DNA of 63,185 nt, filler included. It is 6 parts of 6 records of this genome, joined end to end, with 100 filler letters (N's around TTAATTAATTAA, not from the genome) between each part and the next. Parts side by side here need not be neighbours in the genome. Positions count along the whole stretch, not along the records: positions 37,743 to 46,532 come from SRR20825019_1405; positions 46,633 to 55,145 come from SRR20825019_1406; 4 more parts are not named here. One strand, given 5' to 3'. The translations under genes and the position numbers were made by a program. This document shows positions 39,368 to 53,800 of the stretch, piece after piece (the first letter of the stretch is position 1; every line of letters starts with the position of its first letter). The notes beneath the pieces were generated by a model, which saw only the letters and a list, made by a program, of their open reading frames with translations, did no database searches and was not told where the DNA came from.

Positions 39368-40763
39368 AAGACTAAACTAAATAGTGTGTGGACAAGGCTT
39401 GACACCGCATAAATAGAGTTTTTAGGCCTCGAGAACTACCCGCACCAACCTTACCAGCTTTACTCTTTTTGGGCTCAAAACGCCACTGAGCTGGGCCCCT
39501 CCGCTCGGCCCAGGGCGGCAGGGGCTGGTGACCCGCGTGCTCCACTGACTCAGTCGGGGAGTGTCGCCCTGCGCGAGTCAGGTCCCGCCCCGCCATCGGG
39601 CCTGCTTGGCTGCCTCCCCGCTGGCTCCCTCGACTCCGCTCCGGCCAGCCGGCCAAGGGCCACCTACCTACCCAGCGACAGTGAGGCTCGCGACTTGCGC
39701 GGGCGACTACTGACCCGGTCTCGTCATCCCGGCCGGCTGTGGCCGGGCCATGGTGGGGGCGGCTGGGCCCGGCAGTCCGGCCGGGCTTCGGCACGCCCGC
39801 TGCCGGCCGCCGCGCCGGACCCGCGCCAGTCCCGCACGCCGGCCTGGAGGCCGCGGGGGGTCACCCGGGGCGGGCCGGCCGCGGCGGCGCCGCGGGTGGA
39901 CTCACTCGCTGCCCGGCTGGAGCGGGAGCCGCGCCTCCGCTCCGTCATCACTCACTGAGTCCGGTAGCGGTGCCGAGACACTGCCGTGTAGTGCGGGCGT
40001 CCCCGGGTCGTTCGGCTGTCTTCTTGTTCCCAAATGGGATTACATATCAGGATATCAATCGAGGGGGGCCAAGTTGCTATACTTGGATCGTTTCTGAGAG
40101 TCTCTCCGCCTCGTTCTTTCTTTCTTTCTTTCCGAGCCAGTGACCGGCCCGGGCCAGCAGCCGTCCGGGTGGCCCGCCCTCATCAGTGAGAGAGTGGTCA
40201 GTGATGAATAATGAGAGTGACCGACGATGAGACGACGCCATCGCGTGGTGCCCCGCGGCTGAGCGGAACGCCATCCTCTGCCCCGCCTGGGCCTTTCGGC
40301 GGCACCGTCCCAGTCCCTGAGGACGCGACTGCCGGGCGGCAGCCCCGGGTTCCCAGCCTCCGCAGCCGGGGCGCACTCGACCGGCCTCTCGGTCCCGGGT
40401 CCCGCTCAGTGGGATCATGGAGTCGACGATGGGTGACTGTTGTCCGTCATGTGCCGCTCGGTTCTGCCGCGCATGGATGGCCTCGGAGTATGAGTTGCGG
40501 GAAGGTGGCCAGTCCAAAACGGTCACGCCACCGGCTCCCGGGTCCTGACTCCTGGGGCCCCTCGCCGGCAAGCCAGGGTGACGTGGCGGGCCGGCGCCAA
40601 GAACCCAAGTGGCTTCAGCCGAAATTTCCTGTTTCCTGCTTTAGAACCGTTGTGCGCTACGCTCTTCATAGCCTCACATAGTTTCTCCTTTTCTCCTTTT
40701 CTGCAGTACTTATTACACATAAGTGTTCAACAGGATTCTCCAAGTTTGTGGCACGTGAGCAAC

Positions 40764-42446
<1,683 letters not shown>

Positions 42447-42675
42447 GCTGAGTCTCGATTTCCTAACCCCACTTCGATTTTGTCTTCTGGTGAAGGGGGC
42501 TGCTTATTATGATATTTTATCACTACTTTGAGGGTTCTCCTGCAGTATGCTTGCAAATGGTGTTAAGACAAGTTTTGAGTCTATGGAAGTGGAGGATATG
42601 GAAAGGCCTCCACAATAAAGTTTCCAGTTCTCCAACTACTGCTGTTCTCGCTCGTGTGGCTCAGAAAGCGTTACC

Positions 42676-43236
42676 CTAACTGTACTGGAGGGAATTCGAC
42701 AGAATCACCCTCAGATCGTCAACCAACGGTCCCATTTTTGAATCGGCAACTGTGGTATCAAAGAGTTCAACGCTCGTAGAGTGCATCATAGTGTAGAATG
42801 CCAAGACTGCCTCTCCAACATCAAATAAGGAAACAATGTGGCTAGCGCCCTTGATGTGTATAATAGGGCACTCCATTTGCCCAAGGGACTCCACTACAAT
42901 ACAACACGTTAACAAAGTATGTATTACCCAAAAACCGAGCCTTTGAAGGAGGCGCATACCGAACTGAAGTGCTGCACGCTGCAAAGATGATATCATGCTC
43001 ACTGTGTCTACATGCTTGCCTAGATCCATGTTGTGGCTTGCTCTATCAAGATATAGTGAGAAGATGCAGGACTATCGAAAAGGCAAGAACTGTGTCACAT
43101 ACAATATATCTCCTTGAGACGAAAGAACACAACCAATGGTGGTTCCCGGATAAATAGAGTCCACCAACTTAAGCTTTTCGGATATCAAACGCATCAGCTT
43201 TGGGGATACCCCGGTGGCACGCTTACAGCAAGCCAT
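42676..43236 (-). CDS. Small roadblock/LC7-like protein, 3 exons (start uncertain)
   Basis: Spliced: MACCKR...GCVLSSQGDILASHN...ISSLQRAALQFVESLGQMECPIIHIKGASHIVSLFDVGEAVLAFY...; pattern suggests an alpha-beta2-alpha-beta3-alpha fold. Confidence 0.55.
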
Positions 43237-44539
43237 GGCTACGACCATGGTTTCGAAAGATTGGTGTGGATATGTATAAGGCAAAATCAGGAGTCGTAAG
43301 CACGTCGGAATCAGGAAGCGAGCCATGTCGGCCAGCATGGCCACGGCACTATGAGTGATGGGTGGGCTGCCTGTGAGGGCTCAAGGAGCCGCTCCAGCCA
43401 GCGCTCCAGCCGGGTCACCGTGATACGGGACTGGCCGGCGTCACCGGCGCCTGGCCTGGGTTGGGTGGTGGTCAGCGGTCTTGGTTCCCGGTCCGTCCGG
43501 TCACCCTCCCGGGCCCGGGGCCGGCCCGCCGCGGGGGCGGCGGCGCAATGGGCGTCCGGTTCAGTCAATCGGGCCCCCCATGTCCGCCGCCCTTGCCGCC
43601 CGGCCGGCCCGGCACCCGGCTCAGCGCCGCACTGCAGTCGCATCAGTCGCGGGCCCGGCAGTCAGTGCCGGGCCCGGCCGGTCCGAGCGTGCCGGCCCGC
43701 TGAGCGGGCCGGTCCGCACGACGGTGGGCCGTGGCGTCATGCCGGGCCGGTCCGTTGCAGTTTCAAATGCAGTGCCGCGGTGCCGCTGGGCAGTACTGTA
43801 CGGTACGATGGGGCCGGCGCCACGGCTCGGGGCGAGGCGCCGGCACGCGGACCGGGCCGGCCGCCGCACCCGTGGCGGCCGGCACTGCAGTGCGCCAGGA
43901 CAGGCGAGCCGGCCCGGACCCGGCGATGATTCAATTTTTTTCGCGATCCGGATCGCCGTCACCAGGACCCGCGCGGCTCCGCTCCGGCTCGTCAGCGGTC
44001 CGGAGTGCGGCAACGCGGAGCCGACGGTCCCGGCGGGGTGACCCGGGTGGCCGGGGCCGCGCCCAGCGGACGGGCGGCGCCGGCGGCGGTGCAGCACCGC
44101 CGGCGCCGCGCAGCCGGCCGTGACTCAGCCGGAGCGGCACCGGCACGAGCCGGCCGCGCCGTGCTGAATCGGCTGCAAGCCGGGGGCCGGTCCGGGACCG
44201 CCGCCGCGGCGGCCGGCTGCCTCAGCCGCGGGCCGCGGGGAGGACGCACTGACTGAGTCCCCAGGCCCGGTTGAACGGTCCAAGCCACAGCCGGCTGGGG
44301 CCAGTCCGTGGCCGGGCAGTGACCAGTGTCTGTGCTGTATCATGCCCCAGCCCACGAAGCGTAACCACTCTCCAGCAGCACGTGGGGGACGCTGTAGACT
44401 CTCACTTTCGACGCAACACCTAGAGTAGTTAGACTGGAGTGCTGGTTTCTTTTTTTTTTGGGGGGGGGGGGGCTAGGGTATTGAACTTTTTGTTTAAAAA
44501 GTCATACGACCACTTATTCTCAACTATTATGGCCGCCTG

Positions 44540-46106
44540 ATGACTACTCAGGGCCCAGTTCTTCTTGTTTTTGATGTTGATGGAACCCTTGTAGGCGAGC
44601 ATGACGAAAGAACTAGCGAAGAGTTTGCTCAACTGGCGGACCTGATGTGTCTAGTGAAGAAGATTAAAAGTGATAGGCCAGGATCGAAGCTCGTGTATAG
44701 TACCGGGAGGACAGTAGAGTCTTTGAATAGATTATCCAAGAATGTGAGCCCGCACCTTCCAGCTCCTGACTTCCTAGGTATGAGGTTGAAATATTGCCGG
44801 GCAGCTAGAACAACTAACTGCAGCAAAGTGTGCTCTAATGGAACCGAACTCTACCTTTCTGATGGAACTCCCGTAACCGAGTATGACCACTACGTATCCC
44901 ATGCTTGGGATAAGGAGCTGGTTCTTTCTGCCATCGAGGAGGTGGTTGGACTGATACCCGATCTCAAAACAACGAAGCACTCGAGGTGTACAGAAAGGGC
45001 TCACTACATCTTTTTGCGGACTTACCCGACTGCTGTAGGCATCGTGTCGCCTTGCTGTGTGGCTCGTCCTCATTCAAGCGCGCAATGACCGCCCTCGAAA
45101 GTGCTCTGGCAAATGGTGCTCAAGCTGTAAAGTATATGATGCTTCGGAGCCAAGAATGGCTTGACATTATGCCGTACAGGGCAGGTTTGTTGTTTCAAGA
45201 GCCTTCAACTGATTCTTGCAAGAATCACTGACCATGACTTCCTTAGGGAAAGGTAATGCAGTTGAATTCCTAATGAGGACTGCCCCCGGCTTTGATATGG
45301 CCATCTGTTGTGGAGATGGTGAGAATGATTTGGACATGCTAAGGCCTCCCTTTCGCGGGGTCGTCGTGGCGAATGCGATGCCGGACATGGTGGACGCACT
45401 GCAGGATGGTGAGCACATATACTTTGCTCAGTCGAAGATAGCATGTGGGGTTAAGGAGGGCGTGGAGTACTGGTTAGACCCTACACGCGGCTTGCACCAT
45501 CCAATGAAGCCAATATCCATAGTCATTCCTGGAGGCGGTGGCAAGACCACCCTGGTTGGGAACTGTCCTGGTCATGCCGGAAGTCTTGTTGACATCGACA
45601 TATTCTGGGATAGTTGTGGGGACCTGGAGAGTGCTATGATCAAGGAATGGAGTGCAGCAGTCGAGGCTGGTGATGAGCATTCCGTTGCTGACCTGGTGGA
45701 CAAATGTGTCATGATGAAAGCTCGCCGTGCAGCACTCGAATTTAACCGTTCTAAAGCGGCGAAGAAGTCTAACTGTGCCGTTCTACTTTGTCAGACCATC
45801 AGTCAAGCCTTACATGTCAGCCTTCCACAGGATGTGTTGGTGGCTGTCCCTTCTCAACTGCTCCATGAGAAGGCATTGCGGGCACGCGCTGATTCTGAGC
45901 GCATTGCCAGCCTGTGCCGAAGTCAGCGGCAGGCCATTTTGGATGACCCAAGGGTGAGCAAAAAGGTGAAGTATTTGTCGACAAATTGCTCGGAAGTCGC
46001 ACTTGGACTGAATAGCGACGGGACATTGAACCCTTACGAGTATGCCGAGTTTGATACCCTACGGGATGTAGTGATGAAATGCGCGGATTTGGCCCAGCAG
46101 CGATAA
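44540..46106 (+). CDS. HAD-IIB (sucrose-phosphate-phosphatase-like) phosphatase fused to a P-loop domain, at least 4 exons
   Basis: Introns at 44778-44828, 44986-45038 and 45185-45246. Motifs DVDGT, STGR, SNG, K and GDGEND, then IPGGGGKTT in the same exon. Confidence 0.82.
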
Positions 46107-46532
46107 TTGCATCGAAGGTCTCGCAGTAGGCTTAGGTGATCACATGCGTGATGCTGTGTTTGCGTTGTGGCATGAAGGGGCATGCAGTGAAAAGGTCATG
46201 AGCAAAGCCTTGAGGGCCTCTCCAACGCGTGCATGTGAACATGCACCAGATCGTTGAGCTTCTTTCCCGGTCTTATCTGAGGTGCCTTGGCGCCCCACAA
46301 TTGTTATTGATTTTAAGACACCTGTTATCACGAGTAGTGCCACTAGAGAATTCGCGATGGGCCGAATCGATAATTTTACCACAACTCTCGATCACTTCTG
46401 GATTCTCTGCAAGGGCCATCACCGAGTTCAATAAATCAATAAACACAAATTAGCATGAGAAGACAAAGCGGTGCACCGTGGGCTCCGACACCAGGTAGTA
46501 CTTCGCCGCCTCGCTCTCGTCCGTCCGCTCGA

Positions 46533-46632
46533 NNNNNNNNNNNNNNNNNNNNNNNNNNNNNNNNNNNNNNNNNNNNTTAATTAATTAANNNNNNNNNNNN
46601 NNNNNNNNNNNNNNNNNNNNNNNNNNNNNNNN
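46533..46632. other. Artificial contig linker
   Basis: N44-TTAATTAATTAA-N44. Confidence 0.99.
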
Positions 46633-46666
46633 ATTTTATTTTATTTTATTTTATTTTATTTTTTTT
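46633..46666 (+). repeat. (ATTTT)n microsatellite at contig start, probably intronic
   Basis: Tandem ATTTT units followed by a CTAAT branch-like motif and a TGCAG acceptor. Confidence 0.7.
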
Positions 46667-46688
46667 GTGGACTAATACCTTGTGCAGC

Positions 46689-46937
46689 GTCACGCTGTTC
46701 GGAATGACGATGCAGCAAGGAAAGGACTCGGTGAGCAAGAATGCGCTGTCCGCGCTGCACCATGGCCGCGGGCGGAAGGCATACCGCACTGTTGTAGAGG
46801 TGGTGGCGGGAGAGGACGAGGAGGAGCCCTCACTCAAGTGGGAACACGAAGGCTACAGTGGGCCGAAGCGTCCGGCTGGGGATGACGGCAACCAACAATC
46901 CAAGAAGAGTAAGAAGGCCCGCGGCGGCAGCACCTAG
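46689..46937 (+). CDS. Terminal exon of an unidentified gene with a basic, NLS-like C-terminus
   Basis: Open frame after the acceptor, ending KKSKKARGGST*. Confidence 0.45.
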   Translation, partial: VTLFGMTMQQGKDSVSKNALSALHHGRGRKAYRTVVEVVAGEDEEEPSLKWEHEGYSGPKRPAGDDGNQQSKKSKKARGGST

Positions 46938-47128
46938 CGACGGACCGCGTTACTACCAGGGTGCCTTCCAGTTGCACCGCAGTAGAGCTAAGCTTGCGTG
47001 GATGGACTCTTCAAGGCTCTGGGTGATCGTGAAGAAGTCGTGTGGATTGGTCACGGCGACGGTAGTCCAGCGAGTGCGACAGTGGTGACCGGGCGGCAGG
47101 GTGGGATACTGATATCACGCGGTGTTTA

Positions 47129-48688
47129 TTAAATGTGCTCGGCATCCACAGCATCGGCGTCAGCTCCAAACACCACCTTGCGGTTGTCCATGTGGTTGGG
47201 AATGACGTGGTAGAGACGCCTAATCTCCTGATTATCCGTCCGCACATTCGCAATGCAGAAGGCACCGTCCCCGGCCTCGGTCATCATGTTGAAGGTCGGG
47301 TCCACCGCGTGGTGGTCCTCCTCCGACTTGAGCTCCTTCTCCTTGTAGAAGTCATTCAGGCAGATGTACTCGCCGGAGCACCTGATCTCCTGAGTAGCCA
47401 CAAACCCGTAGTCCCAATCGATGGTGCCCAGCTCCTCAAACAGGGTTGTCTGCACCGTCGGGAGGTTCTTGCTCACCGGCACAACCAGTGCCACCCCCGC
47501 CACCTTCTGCGTGTCCTTGTTCCACACGCACTGCACCTCCATCTTCTCCCTAAACCCAGTCGAGGCCCGCACCTGCTTCCGATGCTGATCCTTCAGCGCA
47601 GTGGCGGCCCGGCACGTGTGGGCCGACTCGGGGGGAGGAACGGCCGCGTTGACAGCGTCCGACACAGTGGGCGCGATGAACTTGGGCACCGTCGGGGCCC
47701 GCACGACCTTCTCCTTGGGTACCGGCTCTGTGTCATCATCCAGGCCCATCGATCCGGCCTCTGGCGTCACATCATCAGCACCATCAGTGGGTGCCTTCTG
47801 GTCCAACGGCAACTCCGTCGCCCCACCGGTACGCGCCTTGTCGGCTTGGGCGGCGCCTTGAGCTGCCCGCGCCACCACCTTGGCGTCTTCGCCCTCCTTC
47901 GTCACCACCTTCTTCACGGCCGGGACGACGTCGCGTTCCTCGTCTGGGTCCTTCACTGCGTGCACATGCGCCGCCATGCCATCCAAGGTGTTCGACGCCA
48001 TAGAGACCTCGCCCAGGCTCTTACCCGAGAACGCCTGCGTGTCCGCTGCAGCCTTCTTCACGGCTCCCTTCAGGTTCACCTTCTTCCCGCTGAGTGGATC
48101 CTTCGCCAGTTCCTTGTTGAGCTGCTTCAGCGACTGGTCGTCCTTGGCCTTCTCCTCCGCAAGCTCCATCTCGGGGGGCGGGACCGCGTCTTCCTTCTTC
48201 TTCTCCTCCTTCTCCGCCTTCTTCTCCGCGGCAATTGCGTCCATCTTCTCTTGTGACTCGGGGGACACGTTCTGCAAGCCCGTCAGCACAAGGCAAACAC
48301 GCCACGCATGCTAAACCATCCATACCTTAAGAAGGTTCTCGTCCGTTGGGTCAAAGCTGTTCATCACCTCCTTGGGCTTCATCACAAAGGCGTCCGGGTG
48401 GTCCTCCTGATATTGGCGGGCGTTCACGCCACTCTGCGACTCGTCCAAGATCGAGTGGCTCTGAATTACCACGTCGACCATCTTCCCGTGATACTTTGCA
48501 AAGCGGTCCTTGTAGTACTGGGGGCACTCCTCATACGGGTAGAACTCCAGTGAGTGCAGATGCAGCGACTGGAAATGCGCCTCGGTCTTGAACTGTTGGC
48601 GGTTGCTGAAGGCGTCAGCCTCCTGCACCAACACCACAGCCATCACCACGGCCACTCCAACTGCCCCTGCCCACTTGCATATCCCCAT
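47129..48688 (-). CDS. Secreted hypothetical protein (~501 aa), 2 exons
   Basis: Signal peptide; phase-0 GT-AG intron 48272-48325 joins NLLK to NVSPE; low-complexity centre and Cys-containing C-domain. Confidence 0.8.
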
Positions 48689-49652
48689 GGTCGTGGCTTC
48701 CCTCTATCTAGCCGCACACATTCTTGCCCTCTGGCCATCACCCTATTAATATGCCTGGGGCTTGGGCAAGTTCACGAGCAGAGTCACCATTACGACTAGC
48801 TCTTCCATCCACAGACTTTGGGGAGGGAGAAGCACCGACGGCCGTGCCAGGTGACCGGACAGGCTGCGTAGGGCCTGGCCTGTCGGAAGCGCCCGGCCGT
48901 TCGTCTCAGAGCGGGGCCGGCCGGCCGGACATGTGGCCGCCCAGGACCCTGCCACCCGTGAGCCGAACGCGCGGCTCTCCCGGGCGGCTGGCGCGCCGAT
49001 CGCCGTGCCCCACCGGCCGCGCCACCCGTCACTGATCATGCGGATGACGCACTCAGGCCGGTGGCGGCTTCCGAGCCGCGGCCGCAGCCGGCGAATCAAA
49101 CCCACCGTGCCCGACTGCGCTGGGGGGCGTAGGTTCAAATCCGTTATAAAAAGATTTTAAGATCTCAATACAACGAAATATTGCTGTGAGTGTTGGAAGG
49201 AAAGCTTCCCATTTGGGCACACGATCAGCCGACAGTCTGCGGGTGCCAACCTGAGTACCCCAAGCTGGGCTGGCCCCTCAACCACAGAAGGCCATGTGAG
49301 GGGCAAAGCCTGGTGATCCCCCCGCCGGGTCGTCACAGGCCGCTGAGCACCACTGACGTGCTAGGCAATAAGCCGGTGTCCTCCCAAGCTCTGCACAGCC
49401 GGCATTTAGTACCAACCGCACGACCCCCGTCAGCTGGGTTTGCTTGGCCCTTAAACTAACACGCGGATGGCCCTGGCGCGGGCCCCAGCAAGGACTCCCG
49501 GGCCGCGCCACCCGGCCCCCTGGCACCGCCCGCCAGCGATCGCCTTAAGCTCAGCTCGCCTCCTCAACTGCAACACGACGAACCTTCTCCACTTTTATGT
49601 GCGTCCGGTCAGCATATATGTCGTACACAAGACAGCAACTGCAGGCAGCACC

Positions 49653-50531
49653 ATGGCAACCGCGGCCACAACTTCGCCTCTCAGTGCCGTGAAAAAGGAC
49701 GAGCTTGCCCTTGGCCCGCCCATCAAGCCCTCCCGACAGGACTCTGAGCCTGTATTCATGTCTGGGGCCGCGCTTACCAAGCCCATCGAGATGACAAAAG
49801 GCTTGAGTATGAACAGCCTGTTCACGAAGTCAGGGAAGAGTGCGGCTACAGCCCACCGGTTGGCAGGTGACCTTGCTCTGTGCAGACGAGCGGAGCGGCA
49901 GCTAGTGACAAACGCACTGAGGGAGAGTCCATGGGAGGGACTGAAGTTGGTGAGTAACATTAGCACCATCCAGGCCATGACCGGGCAAACCACCGAGTCC
50001 TCTCTGCACCGTGCCGCATGGGATGGAGACTTCATGCACCTCAAGAGGCTGCTTGACCTCGGGGGTGACCCTGCCTTGACCGACGATGACGGCAATACGC
50101 CCATGCACTATGCAGCTTGGAATGGAAAGGTTGAGGCCGTGATGTTCCTGTCCGAGCATGGGGGTGACGTCAACGCACGGAACCGGAGGCGCGAGACCCC
50201 CCTGATGCACTCGGTAAGGTCTAACCACACCAACACCTTTGAGGCGCTCCTCGCTCTTGGTGCCCGAGTGAATGACGGTGACTCCCGGGGATGGACCGCC
50301 CTTCACCACGCCGTTCTGAGGCACAGCGGCGACATGATCACGCTCCTTGTGGCCAAGGGCGCGTCGCTTACGTTGACCGACAAGGCCGGGCGGTGCCCGA
50401 GGGACCTTGTGTATGCGTCTGACCACAGCCTTAATGTGGGTGACTTTAAGCGGCGGAAGGCCATCGACGTCATATTCGATGAGTTGGAGGAGGCGGGCTG
50501 TAGAAGCAAGGAGGACGAGAAGGCCTCCTGA
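49653..50531 (+). CDS. Ankyrin-repeat protein
   Basis: SLHRAAWDG, GNTPMHYAAWNG, ETPLMHSV, GWTALHHAV; start ATG 49653. Confidence 0.88.
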   Translation: MATAATTSPLSAVKKDELALGPPIKPSRQDSEPVFMSGAALTKPIEMTKGLSMNSLFTKSGKSAATAHRLAGDLALCRRAERQLVTNALRESPWEGLKLVSNISTIQAMTGQTTESSLHRAAWDGDFMHLKRLLDLGGDPALTDDDGNTPMHYAAWNGKVEAVMFLSEHGGDVNARNRRRETPLMHSVRSNHTNTFEALLALGARVNDGDSRGWTALHHAVLRHSGDMITLLVAKGASLTLTDKAGRCPRDLVYASDHSLNVGDFKRRKAIDVIFDELEEAGCRSKEDEKAS

Positions 50532-50838
50532 AGAGTGGAAGGTTTACTTTGAGTGAGTCGAATCCCGTTTGGCCGTGGGCCGATCAGGCACCGGCCTGTC
50601 TCGCTGCATGGCTATGCACCGCCGAGTTGGTAGTGTGCCACGACTGGTGTTATAAATGCCATCCTGAACACACCGGGGCGCAGTCGAGGGCTTGGGTTTA
50701 TGGTCACAGAGGGTGCGCCTCCACATGGTGGCAAGGGGGGGCGCAGTAGCCCCTACTCTTGAAGCCAATTCGTCGTCCCAAAGCAACCCCTGCAGGCCAC
50801 CCCCGAATACGGGTCTGCTGCTGTGTGGTAGTCGACCG

Positions 50839-53800
50839 TCAGAACAGCTGCCGGTTCACTCCGGTGGGGGGCGATGTGTAAGAGGGAAGATAAGGCCTGG
50901 CCGTGGTCGCGCCAGTGTTCGATGCATGCATCCGCGCGCGAATGGACGCCTCCACACCGTTCACCCCGCGCGATGCCGTGCCCTGGCCCAGGGGCATGCC
51001 CTCTGTCTTGGCCCGAAGGTCTGCAAGGAGCTTTTCCAGGCGGCGCGAGGATTCCTTGATATCCTCCAGCTCGATGTCAGGCGGGGGTTGAATGGGGGTC
51101 GGTTCGGGAGGGAGGACGGCGGCGGGGGTGCTGCGGTCGAGGTGACGCATGGAGAGGTGGCTCAGGTTCACGTTGTCCGCGGATACAACTGGAGACGCCC
51201 GGGGTATTGGCGATGTGTCTGGCGAGCGCCAGCCGGTTGAGGGCTGATGCGATATCGGCGCCGCACGGGATCCTAGGACGGGCGCGGGAGGAGCGCGATG
51301 CTCTGTGGTGGCAAGCCCGGCCGTGCCGTGCCCACCACTCGGCTGTGATCCGCATCAGTCTCAATCAGCGCCCGCCCGTGGTCACACACTCACCGTTGCG
51401 CGTGCGCCGGCAAGACTGCGGCGAAGAGAAGTCATTTCTTCCTCGCGCCTGGCCACTTCGCGCTTGAGAGTATCTATCTCCTCGAACTGATGGGTAAAAT
51501 TCGTGTTGTACATCGCCACAAGATCGCGGAGGCGCTTCAGTTCGCCAATGTCCGCCCTCTCTGCGCGCCGTCAGCATATGTTCTGACAATAGATCAGGCA
51601 GCACACCCACCATCGCTGAGTTTCTGCTTAAGAAGCAAGTTCTCCTCCGAGAGCCGATCAGCCTGCCTCCGCCGGTCTCGCGCCTCCTCCAATGCCGCCC
51701 TTAGTTCCTCGCGCATCTGTCTCTCAGTCGTTTCCATGTCCTCAAGCCGCGTCCGTTGCACCTGATGAGAGATTTTTCTTCAAACCCCGCCACGCAACCC
51801 CCCAATACCTCCATTGCACTGACCTTGCACTCCTCTCGGTAAAAAGCAACATCCTTCTCCCACTGGGCGGCGCACCGTGCCTCCGTCTCCCTCCAGTGGT
51901 GAACAATCTCCCGCGCGGTTGCAGCATTCAAAGGGGTCGGTGGGGCGCCGTCTTGGCCTTGTGCTGCACTGCCAATGATTTCCGTGATGGCCTCCAGCTC
52001 CTTCACCCTATCCAATGCACTATCCAGGAGGGCTTGCCACTGTGAAGTAGAGCGAAAGTCGGGTTCCGGATCTGCCGCCGGCATCTGCAACTTCCTGCCG
52101 ATACCCTCGAGCCGAGCCATTTCGTCGCCATATTGGGCCTTGGGAGGGTCCACGTCGACACGGGCGGGCGATTGGGCGGATGCGACGGCTCGGCTCGTGC
52201 GTTCCATGGTCTCCTCCAGCTGGACTCTCCAGCGATCCGCCGACTGGCCAGCTTCCGCAGCACGCCCCTCGGCATCTTCCAGTGCTGCCTTGAGCCGGTT
52301 CGCCCTCTCCTCATGCGTAGCTGCCTCGGCCTCGGCGACTGCACGGGCCTGCCTCTCCTGACGCAGCTGGGCCAGCGCGTCCTCCATCTTGACTCGCGTG
52401 CTCTCAGCACCCTCCTCGCTCGTTCCTAATGCCCCGCGCAGTCTACCCACCTCAGCCTCCAGCTCTTTCACCCGGGCAAAATACACCCCCAGCTCATGCT
52501 GGGCCTCCGCGAGCCGACCCTCACACTGCCGCAGGGCGCCAGCCGCATCAGAACCGCCTGCTTGCTGCCGGGACAGCTCCTCCTCGAGTTCCCGCACACG
52601 CCATTGGGCTTTGTCCAGCTCCATGGCCAACGCTTTCACATCATGTTCGCGCCCGGCTTCGCGTCCGCCCTCCGCGTCGCCAGATTCAACCCCCAGCATG
52701 CGACACAGGTCGGGCAGATCCCTTATGGGATGCAGCTTGTTGTTCTTGATGTGCCTCCCTATTACCTCATCGTCGTCCTCATCACCGTCGCTGACCGTGT
52801 CCTGCTCGGACTCTGCCTCTGTCGTCTTGTCACGGAACACCAGCGTATCTTCATCGACCACACCCCGTTGGAACAGGTCCCCTAGGCTCTTCACAGTGAC
52901 AGGGCCGTGCATCTAGGGCCGGTATGGTCAGATTTACCCCCCACTTGGGATGCAGAGCTGATGGTAATCACTCACCTCGCACACTCTCATCACATCGTTA
53001 TGCTCACTGGCAGCAAGGAAGTAGAAGCCACCTTCCCCGGGCTGCGCGTCCGCCACGATCTCAATCTCATCCGCGTCCCCGTCTTTCTTCAAGTCGCCAT
53101 CGTCCTTTTTGCTGGTGTCTTGGCTCGAGCCCCGGTCCTCCTGGGAAGCGGCCTCTTCGTCTGCGAATTGGCGGGCGGTGGCGAGGGCGGTGTGGAGATC
53201 CGCGCGGAGCCACACGTGCTCATCAGTCATGCAACCTGCCACCTTGATCAACGCGCCGTGGATTCCTCGCAGACACTCCCGGGCATCGGGGTTGTCGGCG
53301 ATCTCTGATAGCAGCTTGGCGGCGGCCCGGGCGGCCTCGTCGGTGGAATCCGACACGATGGCCAGTAGCATGGAGGCTAGCTCGCTCATCACGCATGCGG
53401 GGGTGGAGCCTGCCATGAAAGGCCCATTCAGTGATATCCGGGGGCGCAACGAGTGGACAGCCTACCTTCGTTACTGTGGAGACGATGCAGGGAGCGGGCC
53501 AATGCCACGATTGACAGATCGACTGCCTGTGTCCTCGCGTGCCTCGAAAATGCTGCAACCAGGCCCAGCCTATCGATAGCGGGAAGCGCGGGGCTGGCAC
53601 CGGCCTCGCTCTCAAGTCCGGGAAAGTTGACGTAGTCCTCGGCGCCGGGATCATCGAGGACTGCCGTTGTTATGACCGCTGCACACTACCAACGAGGTTA
53701 CAGCTCGGTAACACGAACAAGGACGCCGCCACGGCAACTCTTACGTGGACAAGCGGCTTCTCCGGCAATCGCGCGAACCTTGCAATGACTGGTGCGGCCC

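Noticed and set aside
46391-46532. Possible last exons of a minus-strand gene (...KYYLVSEPT|RIQK*)
   Set aside because: Too short and truncated to support a feature call.
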